Origin: a virus
Strand: one strand, 5' to 3'
DNA: 64,000 bases
Virus record (IMG/VR): IMGVR_UViG_3300034980_000132
Span: 2,977-66,976 of that record
Below, in pieces: positions 17,160-25,946 of this stretch; the first letter of the stretch is position 1, and each line of letters starts with the position of its first letter. The notes beneath the pieces are model-generated. The model worked only from the letters and a program-made list of their open reading frames with translations. It made no database searches and was not told the DNA's origin. The position numbers were made by a program, and so were the translations under genes.

Positions 17160-18258
17160 CGCTGGTCCCCCTGTTGAATTCTACGCCGAACCTGTTGCCC
17201 AGGAACTCCGGCAGGTGCATGTATTCCTGCTTCATGAACCCCCGCCCCGGCAGCTTGCCAGTGACGTGCAGGTCCAGGGCAGTACACACACCAGCCGCGG
17301 TGGTTACTTGGATGGCACTCCACTCGGTGCCCTCCAGGATCACGGAGTGCAGGGTCCTGGAGAAACTACGCTGCACATACTGATTGTTCAACCACCCCGT
17401 GGCGGTCACAAACACCACCACCACGTCCTGCGTGGTGACAGGCACGGACTCCTCCAGGATCGCCTTTAGCAGGACCCTCTTCTCCCTGAGCCGAAGGTCG
17501 TTGATCAGGAACGACGCAAGGTCGCGGTGACCAGGGAACCTTATCGTCTTGTAGTTCAGCTCCCGCACGGCACCGTCCAGTGAGTCGCACAACGTCCCCA
17601 GGCCACCCGACGTGTTAAAGGCTTCGTACTCAACACCCTCCAGGCTGAACCTTTCCAGGCCTTCCAGGGGCAGCACATGGCTGTACACTCCGGCGTGTAT
17701 GGCCTCGCACGGGTTGCAGTACTCATTGATCAACCCGTCGGTGGACCACGTTAGGTTGTACTTCAGTGCGTTACACGGGTACTGAGGCAGGGCACCCACC
17801 CGCATGTGCAGGGTGTCCACCGTGTCGAACTCATTGACTAGGTGTCTGGCTGCCACCGCTATAAACCCTGGGGCCAGCCCGCACTGAGGCATCAGGATCT
17901 GCCCCACGTTGGCGTCCTTCGCTATGTCCTGCACGATCTTGGTGGTGTCGTTGTCCTCGGTCAGGTCGAAGTAATTGAGCCCAGACTTGACGGCACATTC
18001 CGCAATCAGTGGATTGAAGTGGTACGTCAGTGCTGAGATCACGCTGTCTCTACCTCTCATGTCGTACATCAGCTGTGACTCGTCGGTCACGTCTATCTGG
18101 ATTGCCTCGACGTTGGCGAGCCCTTGCAGGCGTGCCAGAGCCTTCACGTTGTTGTCACCCACCAGCACGTCGTAATCCCCCGTGGACTCCAGCATGGTGG
18201 CTATCATCCGACCAACGTGACCAGCTCCCAGCAGCAGTACTCGGTGCTTGTTACTCAT
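17152..18258 (-). CDS. Saccharopine dehydrogenase family / L-lysine 6-dehydrogenase-like oxidoreductase
   Basis: Rossmann LLGAGHVG, NYFDLTED, QCGLAPG, RVGALP, YNLTWSTDGLINEY, EAFNTSGG, YKTIRFPGH. Confidence 0.9.
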   Translation of the reverse strand: MSNKHRVLLLGAGHVGRMIATMLESTGDYDVLVGDNNVKALARLQGLANVEAIQIDVTDESQLMYDMRGRDSVISALTYHFNPLIAECAVKSGLNYFDLTEDNDTTKIVQDIAKDANVGQILMPQCGLAPGFIAVAARHLVNEFDTVDTLHMRVGALPQYPCNALKYNLTWSTDGLINEYCNPCEAIHAGVYSHVLPLEGLERFSLEGVEYEAFNTSGGLGTLCDSLDGAVRELNYKTIRFPGHRDLASFLINDLRLREKRVLLKAILEESVPVTTQDVVVVFVTATGWLNNQYVQRSFSRTLHSVILEGTEWSAIQVTTAAGVCTALDLHVTGKLPGRGFMKQEYMHLPEFLGNRFGVEFNRGTSDV

Positions 18259-18529
18259 TTTGTTCCTCCTTAGTAGTTACGGACCTCATGATTAGTTCGA
18301 TAGGTGTGTGGTCTCTCAGCCAGTGGACGGGTACTTCGCTACCGTTTAGGGGTCCGTTCCCGGAGTCCACCCCCGTGCCCACACCGGTAGATCCGATGTA
18401 GCTGTACCCGCACAGATTGCACGCTAGGCTGTGTATCTCGTACAACAGGGGTTCCTCCATCAGACCCAGGTCATACGCCATCTGGGCGTGCTCCAGTGCT
18501 CGGTCTACCGTGGACTTGGTTATCGTCAT
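18251..18529 (-). CDS. Hypothetical protein
   Basis: ORF coupled to both neighbours; CNLC motif. Confidence 0.55.
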   Translation of the reverse strand: MTITKSTVDRALEHAQMAYDLGLMEEPLLYEIHSLACNLCGYSYIGSTGVGTGVDSGNGPLNGSEVPVHWLRDHTPIELIMRSVTTKEEQNE

Positions 18530-19209
18530 ACCTTGTCGGCCTCCCTTTGCAATACCCTGTCGATGGTTCGCTTTCGCCACAGTCTCCCTCGGCACAGGGT
18601 CCCCTGTTCGTTGAGGAACGTGCGTATGCCCCCCGCTGTGAGCCTGCGGGACAGCCGCACGATGTCCTGCACGATCACCTGCTCTTCCTTGCGTGGCACC
18701 AGCTGACCCTCCACGTTGGCGTAACCGTACGGCGGTTTCTTGCTCACCGCCTGCCCGTTCGACTGTCGGTACCGCAGGCTCTTGCGGGTACGGTCGGCGG
18801 TTTGTGCTGCCTCGAATTCGTCGATTGACAACAGCACACTGAGCACCAGCCTGCCGGTCGGGCTGCTGCTGTCCAGGCCCACGCCGTCGTTGTCCACGAT
18901 GTGTACGGCTGTCCCCTCGGCGTTCCAGGCACTGAACCAGTGCAACCCGTCCGCCGCGTTTCGGAACAGCCTAGACAGAGACAGGCACACCAGCCCGCCG
19001 TTGTCTCGGGCCAGCCCGATCAGCTTGCTACCCTCGGGCCTTGCGGACAGCGGTGTCTTTCGGGCCGACGTATGCGGTTCCTCTAGCACCACCCCCGGCT
19101 TCAGACCCTTGGCCTCACAGTACGCCTCGCACCTCTTGCGTTGCAGCTCCAGTGTTAGCCCGTCGCTTTGGGTTGGTGAGTATCGAAGATAGATTGGTAC
19201 GCCTGTCAT
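18526..19209 (-). CDS. Serine recombinase (resolvase/invertase catalytic domain plus short recombinase domain)
   Basis: IYLRYS..Q..LELQR, SLSRLFRN, SPTGRLV..VL..EFE, PPYGY, RGRLW..TI.RVL. Confidence 0.88.
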   Translation of the reverse strand: MTGVPIYLRYSPTQSDGLTLELQRKRCEAYCEAKGLKPGVVLEEPHTSARKTPLSARPEGSKLIGLARDNGGLVCLSLSRLFRNAADGLHWFSAWNAEGTAVHIVDNDGVGLDSSSPTGRLVLSVLLSIDEFEAAQTADRTRKSLRYRQSNGQAVSKKPPYGYANVEGQLVPRKEEQVIVQDIVRLSRRLTAGGIRTFLNEQGTLCRGRLWRKRTIDRVLQREADKV

Positions 19210-19224
19210 GTTGTCCTCCTGTGG

Positions 19225-19431
19225 TTACTCGCCCCTGGCACCCTGCTTGACCAGACTCTTGATGTCCTCCGGCACTTCGTGCGACACAATCATGGCCGAC
19301 AGGCCTAGTGCGTGCAGGTCCTGCCCAGCCTTGTGCCCCTGGTCAATTGGGTACGTCAACCTGGGGAGATCGACTACCAGGGACCCTTCGATGATACGGA
19401 CGACCGGGATTTCATTTCTTGTCATGCTCAT
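19225..19431 (-). CDS. Hypothetical protein
   Basis: 68 aa ORF in a tightly packed minus-strand operon. Confidence 0.55.
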   Translation of the reverse strand: MSMTRNEIPVVRIIEGSLVVDLPRLTYPIDQGHKAGQDLHALGLSAMIVSHEVPEDIKSLVKQGARGE

Positions 19432-19781
19432 GATACTTTCCTCGCTATCAGGTCAAGGTTATGGTGGTCAGTTAGCCAATGGTCGGCAGCCTGCTGGTGC
19501 AGGCCGAACATCCTGCCGCACAGGGTACACATCACCCGCATGCGTGAGTCGCACAGTAGTGTGTACCAGGGGTTCCTGGTGTGCTGGCACAGGCCCAGCT
19601 CTTTGGCTTCCTCGAAACGGTCGAGTGCGGCCATCCAACGAGCCCTCGGTCCCATGACAGGAGAGTAGGAAATGGCCTCGTCCCAGTCTGAACGCTCCAG
19701 GGCGTCCAGCACACCGTCCTTCCGATCCTTCGGATGCGGCCACTTTCCCTTGCGACGGGGGTAGTCACCTAGTTTTTTCAT
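19428..19781 (-). CDS. Hypothetical protein with C2H2-like zinc finger
   Basis: CTLCGRMF......HW..HH; ATGA overlaps at both ends. Confidence 0.6.
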   Translation of the reverse strand: MKKLGDYPRRKGKWPHPKDRKDGVLDALERSDWDEAISYSPVMGPRARWMAALDRFEEAKELGLCQHTRNPWYTLLCDSRMRVMCTLCGRMFGLHQQAADHWLTDHHNLDLIARKVS

Positions 19782-21001
19782 GTGTTTTCCCTCATGTCTA
19801 TCACCCTCCCGAACGGTGCGTTGGTGCTCCCGTCCGACAACCACAGCACGGGGTACGTCGGTTTCTTGGTGGGGAACTCAGTGTACAGGTCGGTGAAGCA
19901 CACCAGGAACTCCAGCCCGCCCGGCATGTGCTTGTCCAGCCAACCGAAAACGCACTGGTGCGACGTCCCGCCACCACCGTGCGGCTCCATCTTCAGCGGC
20001 CCGTCCATGGGGGACCAGTGCTGCACCCTGGTCACCCTGGTGTCGTGGTACAGGATGGTCACCTGTGCGTTTGGCCATGCCTCCATGATCGACTGCACCT
20101 GCCCGCAGAACTTCTTGAGCAGGTCCCTGTTGATGGAGCCAGAGCAGTCCACCGCGATCACGCAATCCTTAATCTCTTCGCTGTACAGCCCAGGCAGGTA
20201 CGTCCCGCTCCATGCGTGCCGCCGGTCGAACCGCTGCCAGCTGTACTCACCGCTGCCCACCGCTGCCACCGTGAAGTCCGCCAGCTCTTCCTGCCAGCTT
20301 ACGTCGTTGCGTGGTAGGATGTCCTCTAGCAGCAGGTCCAGGTCCCCACCAGCGGCACCACGACCGACCGCGTGAGCTGCCATGGCTGCCTCTGTGGACC
20401 AGTCCACCGGGTCGGCACTAGCACCTACCACCTCGGCCTCGCCGTCCTCGCCACCTGCTCCAGCACCAGCACCACCAGACTGCGGGTCACCGTCCTGAGG
20501 CTCGGCCTCGAAGGTCCCCCACATCATCTCGTCGGGCTCGGGTATGGGGCAGTCGTCCACCAGCATGTTGTAGTACTCGTATGTGGTGAGACCTACCGGG
20601 AACTTCTCGAAGGGCTCCACGCCCGGCATCAATAGCCCGCTGGGAAACTCGAACCCCAGCTTCGACAGCTCGTAGTTAATGTGCAGGTCCCCCGCCACGT
20701 TCCACAGGAACGGCCTGCGGTTACCGATGTGCTTTACATGCCCCCGCACGCAGTGCCAGACCTCGTGAGCCAGCACACCACGCAGCTGTGCGTCTGTGAG
20801 CGTAGCCATGAAGTCTGGGTCGAACCGTATCCACCGCCCGTTGGTACAGGCCGTACCGCACGGCGTGATCTGAATGCCGAGCTTCATCACCAGAGCCCCA
20901 AAGAAACGGGTGTTGATGTCGTCAATCACCAGGAACTGGGTGCGGGCTCGGGTAATGCGGTCCATCGGCGTGATGGTCATGCGTTCGGTCGCCGTCTTCA
21001 T
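19778..21001 (-). CDS. Metallopeptidase-vWA protein (DUF2201-like)
   Basis: TACTNG, VLAHEVWH zincin motif, WNVAGD..IN, MIDAS AVDCSGS, GGGGT, FTDLY. Confidence 0.9.
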   Translation of the reverse strand: MKTATERMTITPMDRITRARTQFLVIDDINTRFFGALVMKLGIQITPCGTACTNGRWIRFDPDFMATLTDAQLRGVLAHEVWHCVRGHVKHIGNRRPFLWNVAGDLHINYELSKLGFEFPSGLLMPGVEPFEKFPVGLTTYEYYNMLVDDCPIPEPDEMMWGTFEAEPQDGDPQSGGAGAGAGGEDGEAEVVGASADPVDWSTEAAMAAHAVGRGAAGGDLDLLLEDILPRNDVSWQEELADFTVAAVGSGEYSWQRFDRRHAWSGTYLPGLYSEEIKDCVIAVDCSGSINRDLLKKFCGQVQSIMEAWPNAQVTILYHDTRVTRVQHWSPMDGPLKMEPHGGGGTSHQCVFGWLDKHMPGGLEFLVCFTDLYTEFPTKKPTYPVLWLSDGSTNAPFGRVIDMRENT

Positions 21002-21807
21002 GCCGACACCCCCACTGCGAGTGCTAGGAACATCTCGTGGTTCTCCAGCTTGGTGATCGAGTCACTGAGCCCTTCGAGTGCGTCGTTGAGTACCGGCTGG
21101 TACAGTGCCAGCTGCTTACGCATGGCCGTGATACGCTCCATGCGGTTCGACAGAGCCCGGTCACCCATGTCAGGGTCCCCCAGGTCCTCTGTGATGGCGT
21201 TCACCTCCGCCAGCACCTGACGTTCGAGTGCGTCACGGACAGCCGTCACGGACTCGCTGGTGACCCTCACCTCGGCCTCAGCGACCTGTGTGTGACCAGC
21301 CTGACGAAACACATCGCGGATCTTGCCAAACTCTTCGAGCTTGTCCACCGGGATGAAGTAAACCGCACCACGGTCACGCAGGGAGATCCCGCCCATGTGT
21401 GCGATCACCTTAACGAACGCAGCGGACATCTGGCTGCCTGTCAGCCACCCGTATTCGTCCTGGTACTGAGACTCCAGCTCAGTCGCCAGCTCCCAGTCGT
21501 TGGGCCAGCACTCGATTCTACCGTCAGGCCTGATCGCTGCGGACAGCACCCTGTGGTACTGATTCCCGTGCTCACTGGTCCCGACTCCCTCACGAACAAC
21601 CTCTACACCGTCGAGTGTAGGCCGAACCAGATCCCGTGGGTAGTTGGCCTCCAGCACAAACTTCAGCAGGGCCTCCGGCGTGCGGTGGTTGGGTGTCAGC
21701 CACCCGTACCCTAGGTCCGACAGCATAGGCTGCAACGTGGTCCTGAGAGTGCGTCCACCGGTGGACCACACAACTGCACCACCTACGTCGATGTGATTGT
21801 TAGACAT
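20998..21807 (-). CDS. Conserved hypothetical protein between the AAA and vWA genes
   Basis: GGISLRDRGAVYFIP motif; coiled-coil C-terminus; typical position in this phage trio. Confidence 0.7.
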   Translation of the reverse strand: MSNNHIDVGGAVVWSTGGRTLRTTLQPMLSDLGYGWLTPNHRTPEALLKFVLEANYPRDLVRPTLDGVEVVREGVGTSEHGNQYHRVLSAAIRPDGRIECWPNDWELATELESQYQDEYGWLTGSQMSAAFVKVIAHMGGISLRDRGAVYFIPVDKLEEFGKIRDVFRQAGHTQVAEAEVRVTSESVTAVRDALERQVLAEVNAITEDLGDPDMGDRALSNRMERITAMRKQLALYQPVLNDALEGLSDSITKLENHEMFLALAVGVSA

Positions 21808-21831
21808 AAAAAAGCTCCCTTTCAAACGGAA

Positions 21832-22911
21832 TTAGTTAGACAAAACGAACTTGGAATTCTCTCGGGACCACTCAAGCACCTCTGGGTCTGTGGTCATGAT
21901 CTTGGCGACCGTCATCTTGTCGGTGCTCTGCATGAGGTCACGGAAAAACGTGATCGAGGGCTCAGTCTTCATCCTGCTAGCCAGTCGGCAGCAGTCTGCC
22001 ACCCTGCCACCGTCGTTGTCCATGTGTGCCGCTCGGCTCTTGGACAACAGGGTCATCGCATAAGCGTACTGCAAGCTGGGCTCCTCCGGTGGCAGCACCC
22101 CGTCCATTCGAGCTAGGTCAGCGTCAACGTCAGGCAGCCTGTCGTAGTACTTAAGGTAGGCCACGAAGTCCAGTGCCACGCCAGCACCGATGCAACCACC
22201 GAGTACCTCCTGGTACAGGTCCTCGGACAGCCCCGAGTCGAGGATGTCCCCCGCGAAATCCCAGGTCCTGGGGCAGGCGTACGGGTGGCCGTCAGCCTGC
22301 TGCTCGTCGGTCGGGTCGAACGTGTTGAGGTGGTCTGGCCGATTCTTTATGTACCCACGAACCCGGTCGGACACCTTGCCGTTGGACCACTCCAACCAAT
22401 CGTCGGGGTTGCACTCAAGTGTCACGCTTGTCACGAACCGACTCACCAGCGGGCTGATGAGCTTCTGTGCTCCAGCCCTGTCGTGTGTGCGGTTACCCGC
22501 CCCGATCTTACGGGCACCTGCTGGCAACGTGTACTGCCCCAGCTTGCCGTCCAGCAGCAGCTGCAACGCAGCACCCTGGACCATCGCGGGAGCCTGTGAC
22601 AGCTCATCGAAGAACACCACCCCCTGCCAGTCAGGGTCGTGAGGCAGCAGGTCAGTGATCGCCCGAGCCATGCGTGCGGTGCTCTTGCCGGGCTCCCCGT
22701 CGTACACCGGGAAGGGCAGGCCCCCCAGGTCCACGGCGTCGAGCTGCCCGAGCCTGATGTCGGCAACATCTAGCCCGGCAGCCTTGGCACGGTCCTGTAT
22801 AATCTGGCTCTTGCCCACGCCGGGCTGGGCCTTGACGTACATGGCCTTGGTCCTCAATTTCGGGTCGCTCAAGAACTGATCGACCAGTGAGGCAAACTGT
22901 GGCGTACGCAT
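21832..22911 (-). CDS. MoxR-like AAA+ ATPase
   Basis: Walker A QPGVGKS, DIRL..DLGGLP, Walker B FFDEL, AGNR, PL.SRF, PRTW. Confidence 0.9.
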   Translation of the reverse strand: MRTPQFASLVDQFLSDPKLRTKAMYVKAQPGVGKSQIIQDRAKAAGLDVADIRLGQLDAVDLGGLPFPVYDGEPGKSTARMARAITDLLPHDPDWQGVVFFDELSQAPAMVQGAALQLLLDGKLGQYTLPAGARKIGAGNRTHDRAGAQKLISPLVSRFVTSVTLECNPDDWLEWSNGKVSDRVRGYIKNRPDHLNTFDPTDEQQADGHPYACPRTWDFAGDILDSGLSEDLYQEVLGGCIGAGVALDFVAYLKYYDRLPDVDADLARMDGVLPPEEPSLQYAYAMTLLSKSRAAHMDNDGGRVADCCRLASRMKTEPSITFFRDLMQSTDKMTVAKIMTTDPEVLEWSRENSKFVLSN

Positions 22912-22959
22912 GTGTTGGGGCTCCTATCGAGTGTGGTTGTGTGCGGGCTTCTATGTATT

Positions 22960-22968
22960 AGTATAGCA
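22960..22968 (-). promoter_or_regulatory. Putative extended -10 promoter (TGCTATACT) for the AAA-vWA operon
   Basis: TGn-TATACT about 50 nt upstream of the AAA start codon. Confidence 0.4.
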
Positions 22969-22984
22969 TCCTACGCACAGGCGA

Positions 22985-23239
22985 CTAGTGGGAAAAAAGT
23001 AAATTAAACTGGTGCCTCTGCACGGGCTCTCCCACGGTGACGTACTCCATCGCCGCGTGCATCAGCTCCCAGTCGTAATAGCTGTCGGCCTCACGGGGCT
23101 CGATGAACGCAGTACCCGACGTGGTGAGCCCCAGGTCAATCCGGCCATGTCTGGCAGTGTCGAGGACATACCGGGTGCATTGGTCGGCCTCAGTGCGTAC
23201 GTCAGTAATCTCGAATCCGTAGTTCTTACGTTTAGTCAT
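22985..23239 (-). CDS. Hypothetical early protein
   Basis: 84 aa, AGGAG RBS. Confidence 0.6.
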   Translation of the reverse strand: MTKRKNYGFEITDVRTEADQCTRYVLDTARHGRIDLGLTTSGTAFIEPREADSYYDWELMHAAMEYVTVGEPVQRHQFNLLFSH

Positions 23240-23432
23240 CTTTCATTCTCCTTATTGTTGCAGCGATTTCCATCGCCAGCGACCCGACAAGGATCGCCAG
23301 CATTCCCCCATACATCACCAGCGTTTCGATTGTCAGATTCATCAGCAACCCCTTTGTGTTAGAGTGTAATCCGTGACCCGTCCAAGCAATCATGCCGCAA
23401 TAACCGATCAAGGCCTTGAATTTGTTTGCCAT
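23232..23432 (-). CDS. Small two-TM membrane protein
   Basis: MANKFKALIGYCGMIAW..LVMYGGMLAILVGSLAMEI. Confidence 0.55.
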   Translation of the reverse strand: MANKFKALIGYCGMIAWTGHGLHSNTKGLLMNLTIETLVMYGGMLAILVGSLAMEIAATIRRMKDD

Positions 23433-23436
23433 GTGG

Positions 23437-23586
23437 TCACCCGTCCTCTGGATAAACGTCGAAGTCAACCACAGCCACCAGTTTCTCACCTCGGTCGCTG
23501 TCAGCAAGGAATTCCGACCTTGCCTGTTCTGGGTTGTCTGCCTCGTATATGTACGTCGTGGTTTCCTCAATAATGTACTTCGGCAT
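23437..23586 (-). CDS. Small acidic hypothetical protein (49 aa, not in ORF track)
   Basis: MPKYIIEETTTYIYEADNPEQA..; AAGGA RBS. Confidence 0.55.
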   Translation of the reverse strand: MPKYIIEETTTYIYEADNPEQARSEFLADSDRGEKLVAVVDFDVYPEDG

Positions 23587-23587
23587 G

Positions 23588-23986
23588 CTATCGTCCTTTC
23601 TTGCGGTGTGGCCGCAGTGCTGCGTCTTTGGCCCTAGCCCGTGCCAGAGCCCGTGATTCTTTCTTGCGGAGCCCTGGGCGGGCTCCTGTGCGGTCGTGAC
23701 GGCGGCACGCAGCCTGTGCCTGTGCCAGTGTGCCGTGTACCGCGATCAGTCTAGTGTCAGTGCCGTAGTGGACCGTCAGTGCGTAGTACTGGTCAGCGTG
23801 CCACGGCTTGGTGTGACCTACCACGTTCCCATCTGAGTCCTTGGTAGGACGAACGCGAGCACCCGTGCCCAACGTGCATTGGCTGCACGTCACGCGGTAG
23901 TACCCGTCGTCGGACTCCCAGTGGGTGCGTATGAAGTCAGCACCGGGCTCGGCGTCGTCTTCGTACGGTTCGTTCCATTCGATCAT
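23588..23986 (-). CDS. Hypothetical early protein
   Basis: 132 aa, coupled to the upstream gene. Confidence 0.6.
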   Translation of the reverse strand: MIEWNEPYEDDAEPGADFIRTHWESDDGYYRVTCSQCTLGTGARVRPTKDSDGNVVGHTKPWHADQYYALTVHYGTDTRLIAVHGTLAQAQAACRRHDRTGARPGLRKKESRALARARAKDAALRPHRKKGR

Positions 23987-24246
23987 TTGATGAACGCCTT
24001 ATCGAAAGCTGCGAGCATTGGGTGAACCTCGGGCGGCGAGCAGTACTTACATTTGCACGCGGCCACCGACGACATCAGCTTGTCACAATGCGTGAACGAA
24101 CGGCCAGCCACGACGTGGTCACCGCTGGGGACGACGTACCCTGGTCGCAGCAGCACGACCACGCCCTGGTCATTGCAACGCATGTCCTGGACCTGTTCGA
24201 CCCGTTCGTCCTCACGCAATGATGCGTGGATTTTACTAATTGGCAT
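23983..24246 (-). CDS. Hypothetical early protein (C-terminal CxCxxC)
   Basis: 87 aa, AGGAG RBS. Confidence 0.6.
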   Translation of the reverse strand: MPISKIHASLREDERVEQVQDMRCNDQGVVVLLRPGYVVPSGDHVVAGRSFTHCDKLMSSVAACKCKYCSPPEVHPMLAAFDKAFIK

Positions 24247-24255
24247 GGTGTTCTC

Positions 24256-24405
24256 CTATTCAGGGGTTGCGTAGGTAACGTCCAATGCGAACGAGAAAGA
24301 CTCGCATTCGATTTCATGGTCGGCCAGCAGCTCGGCTACCAGCTCGGTAAGGTATTTGGTGGCATCCTGGTCGAAATAGCCAAAGCTGATAGAGTCATGA
24401 TCCAT
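24256..24405 (-). CDS. Small acidic hypothetical protein (49 aa, not in ORF track)
   Basis: AGGAG RBS; MDHDSISFGYFDQDATKYL.. Confidence 0.55.
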   Translation of the reverse strand: MDHDSISFGYFDQDATKYLTELVAELLADHEIECESFSFALDVTYATPE

Positions 24406-24442
24406 GATGTTCTCCTGTTCAAGAGGTCGAAACTAAACTCAA

Positions 24443-24490
24443 AGGGCTGGCAGGGAGTCGAACCCTGCACGCTGCCGCCGGGACAGCCCT
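24443..24490 (-). ncRNA. tRNA-like minihelix (acceptor stem plus T arm, no D or anticodon arm)
   Basis: AGGGCTG/CAGCCCT stem stacked on GCAGGG-TTCGACT-CCCTGC; intergenic. Confidence 0.55.
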
Positions 24491-24494
24491 AGCA

Positions 24495-24746
24495 TCACCC
24501 GTCAAACGCTGCATAACGCTCCAGGACGTGCTCCAGGTCGGCGTGTACCGCACGGTACTGTTCCACCCCTCTGAACCACTTGCGTGGCGTCTTACGGCCG
24601 TCTGGGTGCATCCCTGCCAAGTACCCAGAGAACCGCACCTGACCGGCCACCGGCGGTACGATGGTCATCTCGATGATCCACGGAAAGTGGTCCCCTCGGC
24701 TGTGATCCTGCACGTTCGAGCTGGCTTCGGCTTGCATACTCATCAT
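24495..24746 (-). CDS. Hypothetical early protein
   Basis: Start at the ATG after AGGAG. Confidence 0.55.
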   Translation of the reverse strand: MMSMQAEASSNVQDHSRGDHFPWIIEMTIVPPVAGQVRFSGYLAGMHPDGRKTPRKWFRGVEQYRAVHADLEHVLERYAAFDG

Positions 24747-24840
24747 AATCTCAACTCCTAAAAGGGTTACCGCGACAGGAAATAGTAGAACAAAGCAAAC
24801 GCGATGCCCATTGGCAACGCTGCACTCAAGAGAGAGTAAA

Positions 24841-25014
24841 TCAGCAGACCAACTCTTCGCAATTCGCACAAGGCTCGGTTGTGCTGATTTCGTGACAGCC
24901 ATTCCATCCAGCGTAGGATTGGTCGGTGTGTTCACGGTGACAGTAGTCGCTGCAAAACACGATGTGATCCACCACGTCGCCGTGGCCGTCTTCGACAAAA
25001 TGAAGGTGTGCCAT
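24841..25014 (-). CDS. Small Cys/His-rich hypothetical protein
   Basis: GGAG RBS; FCSDYC..GCHE..CANC. Confidence 0.6.
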   Translation of the reverse strand: MAHLHFVEDGHGDVVDHIVFCSDYCHREHTDQSYAGWNGCHEISTTEPCANCEELVC

Positions 25015-25057
25015 GATTGTCTCCAGGGTTGAGTGTTGAATCTCCCGCACTTAAACC

Positions 25058-25086
25058 ATTGTATACAAGCACCATTTGAAAGTCAA
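25058..25086 (-). promoter_or_regulatory. Sigma70-type early promoter
   Basis: TTGACT-N17-TACAAT on the minus strand. Confidence 0.7.
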
Positions 25087-25100
25087 GCGATTGGACAAAA

Positions 25101-25505
25101 TTATTTTCCCGTCGGCATGTAGGCGAAAATGTACGCCCGCTCGTACCCTGGTTCGGTGTCCTTTACCAGCTGGACGGCCTTGGCGTGCGTTACCGGGTCG
25201 CCGTGGCTATCGACGAACGAATCGTACTTGTAAGGGTTGTAGCTGATCTTCTCCCAGCAATCCGACGACAGAGGGTAGTACCTCGCTCTCGACTCACCGA
25301 TTCCCTCGGTCCCACGCACGAACGCATGAACATTCTTCTTCTGTTCCCGCAACACCTTGGCCCGGCCAGCAGGCTGAACGGCGAACGTGACGTCGTGCAG
25401 TGTCTTATGGCTAACGTGCTCGACAACCTTGCCCTTGTGGTCGCCCTCCAGTGCTCGGATGCTGAAAACGTGCTTGTGCAGGTTCCAGTAGCTTTCGACT
25501 CGCAT
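25101..25505 (-). CDS. Conserved phage hypothetical protein
   Basis: YWNLHK..FSIR..GR.KVLRE.KKNVHAFVRG..YNPYK pattern recalled from many phages. Confidence 0.75.
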   Translation of the reverse strand: MRVESYWNLHKHVFSIRALEGDHKGKVVEHVSHKTLHDVTFAVQPAGRAKVLREQKKNVHAFVRGTEGIGESRARYYPLSSDCWEKISYNPYKYDSFVDSHGDPVTHAKAVQLVKDTEPGYERAYIFAYMPTGK

Positions 25506-25520
25506 GATGGTGCTCCGTTG

Positions 25521-25574
25521 AGGGTTTCAGTGGCTTCCAGGTCCAGGCCCCGCGAGGCCCGGTGCTGGAGGTCA
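25521..25574 (-). repeat. Intergenic structured repeat, copy 1
   Basis: 53/54 identical to 26165-26218. Confidence 0.85.
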
Positions 25575-25865
25575 GCTGTTGTTTTTGTGCCAGAGACTGC
25601 CGTACACCTGATCTGCCAGCGTGGACTCGACCAGCTCGACCATTTCCTTGGACGAATCCGCCCAAAAGTCTGCCACGATTGACTCAACGTGCCGAGGAAT
25701 GTCATCCTCATCATCACACCCATTGTCCCACACGATGTCGGTGGACGGCTGTATGCACCACATTTCGACCGCCTCGATGACGCAGGAATCGTCAGTTTTT
25801 AGCAGTGCTGTGTAATGCGGCAGGTAATCGGCTAGCGTTTTCGCTTCGCTTTGGGACAGGTACAT
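25572..25865 (-). CDS. Acidic hypothetical early protein
   Basis: GGAG RBS; MYLSQSEAK.. Confidence 0.6.
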   Translation of the reverse strand: MYLSQSEAKTLADYLPHYTALLKTDDSCVIEAVEMWCIQPSTDIVWDNGCDDEDDIPRHVESIVADFWADSSKEMVELVESTLADQVYGSLWHKNNS

Positions 25866-25884
25866 GATTTTCTCCAGGGTTTCC

Positions 25885-25939
25885 AGGGTTTCAGGTGGCA
25901 TCCGATGCCCGCAACCTTGGCTGCGGGGGTCAGAGGTCA
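25885..25939 (-). repeat. Intergenic structured repeat, diverged copy 2
   Basis: Same flanks (TGACCTC..GCCAC(C)TGAAACCCT) with a different but still pairing hairpin. Confidence 0.7.
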
Positions 25940-25946
25940 GCCGGTG

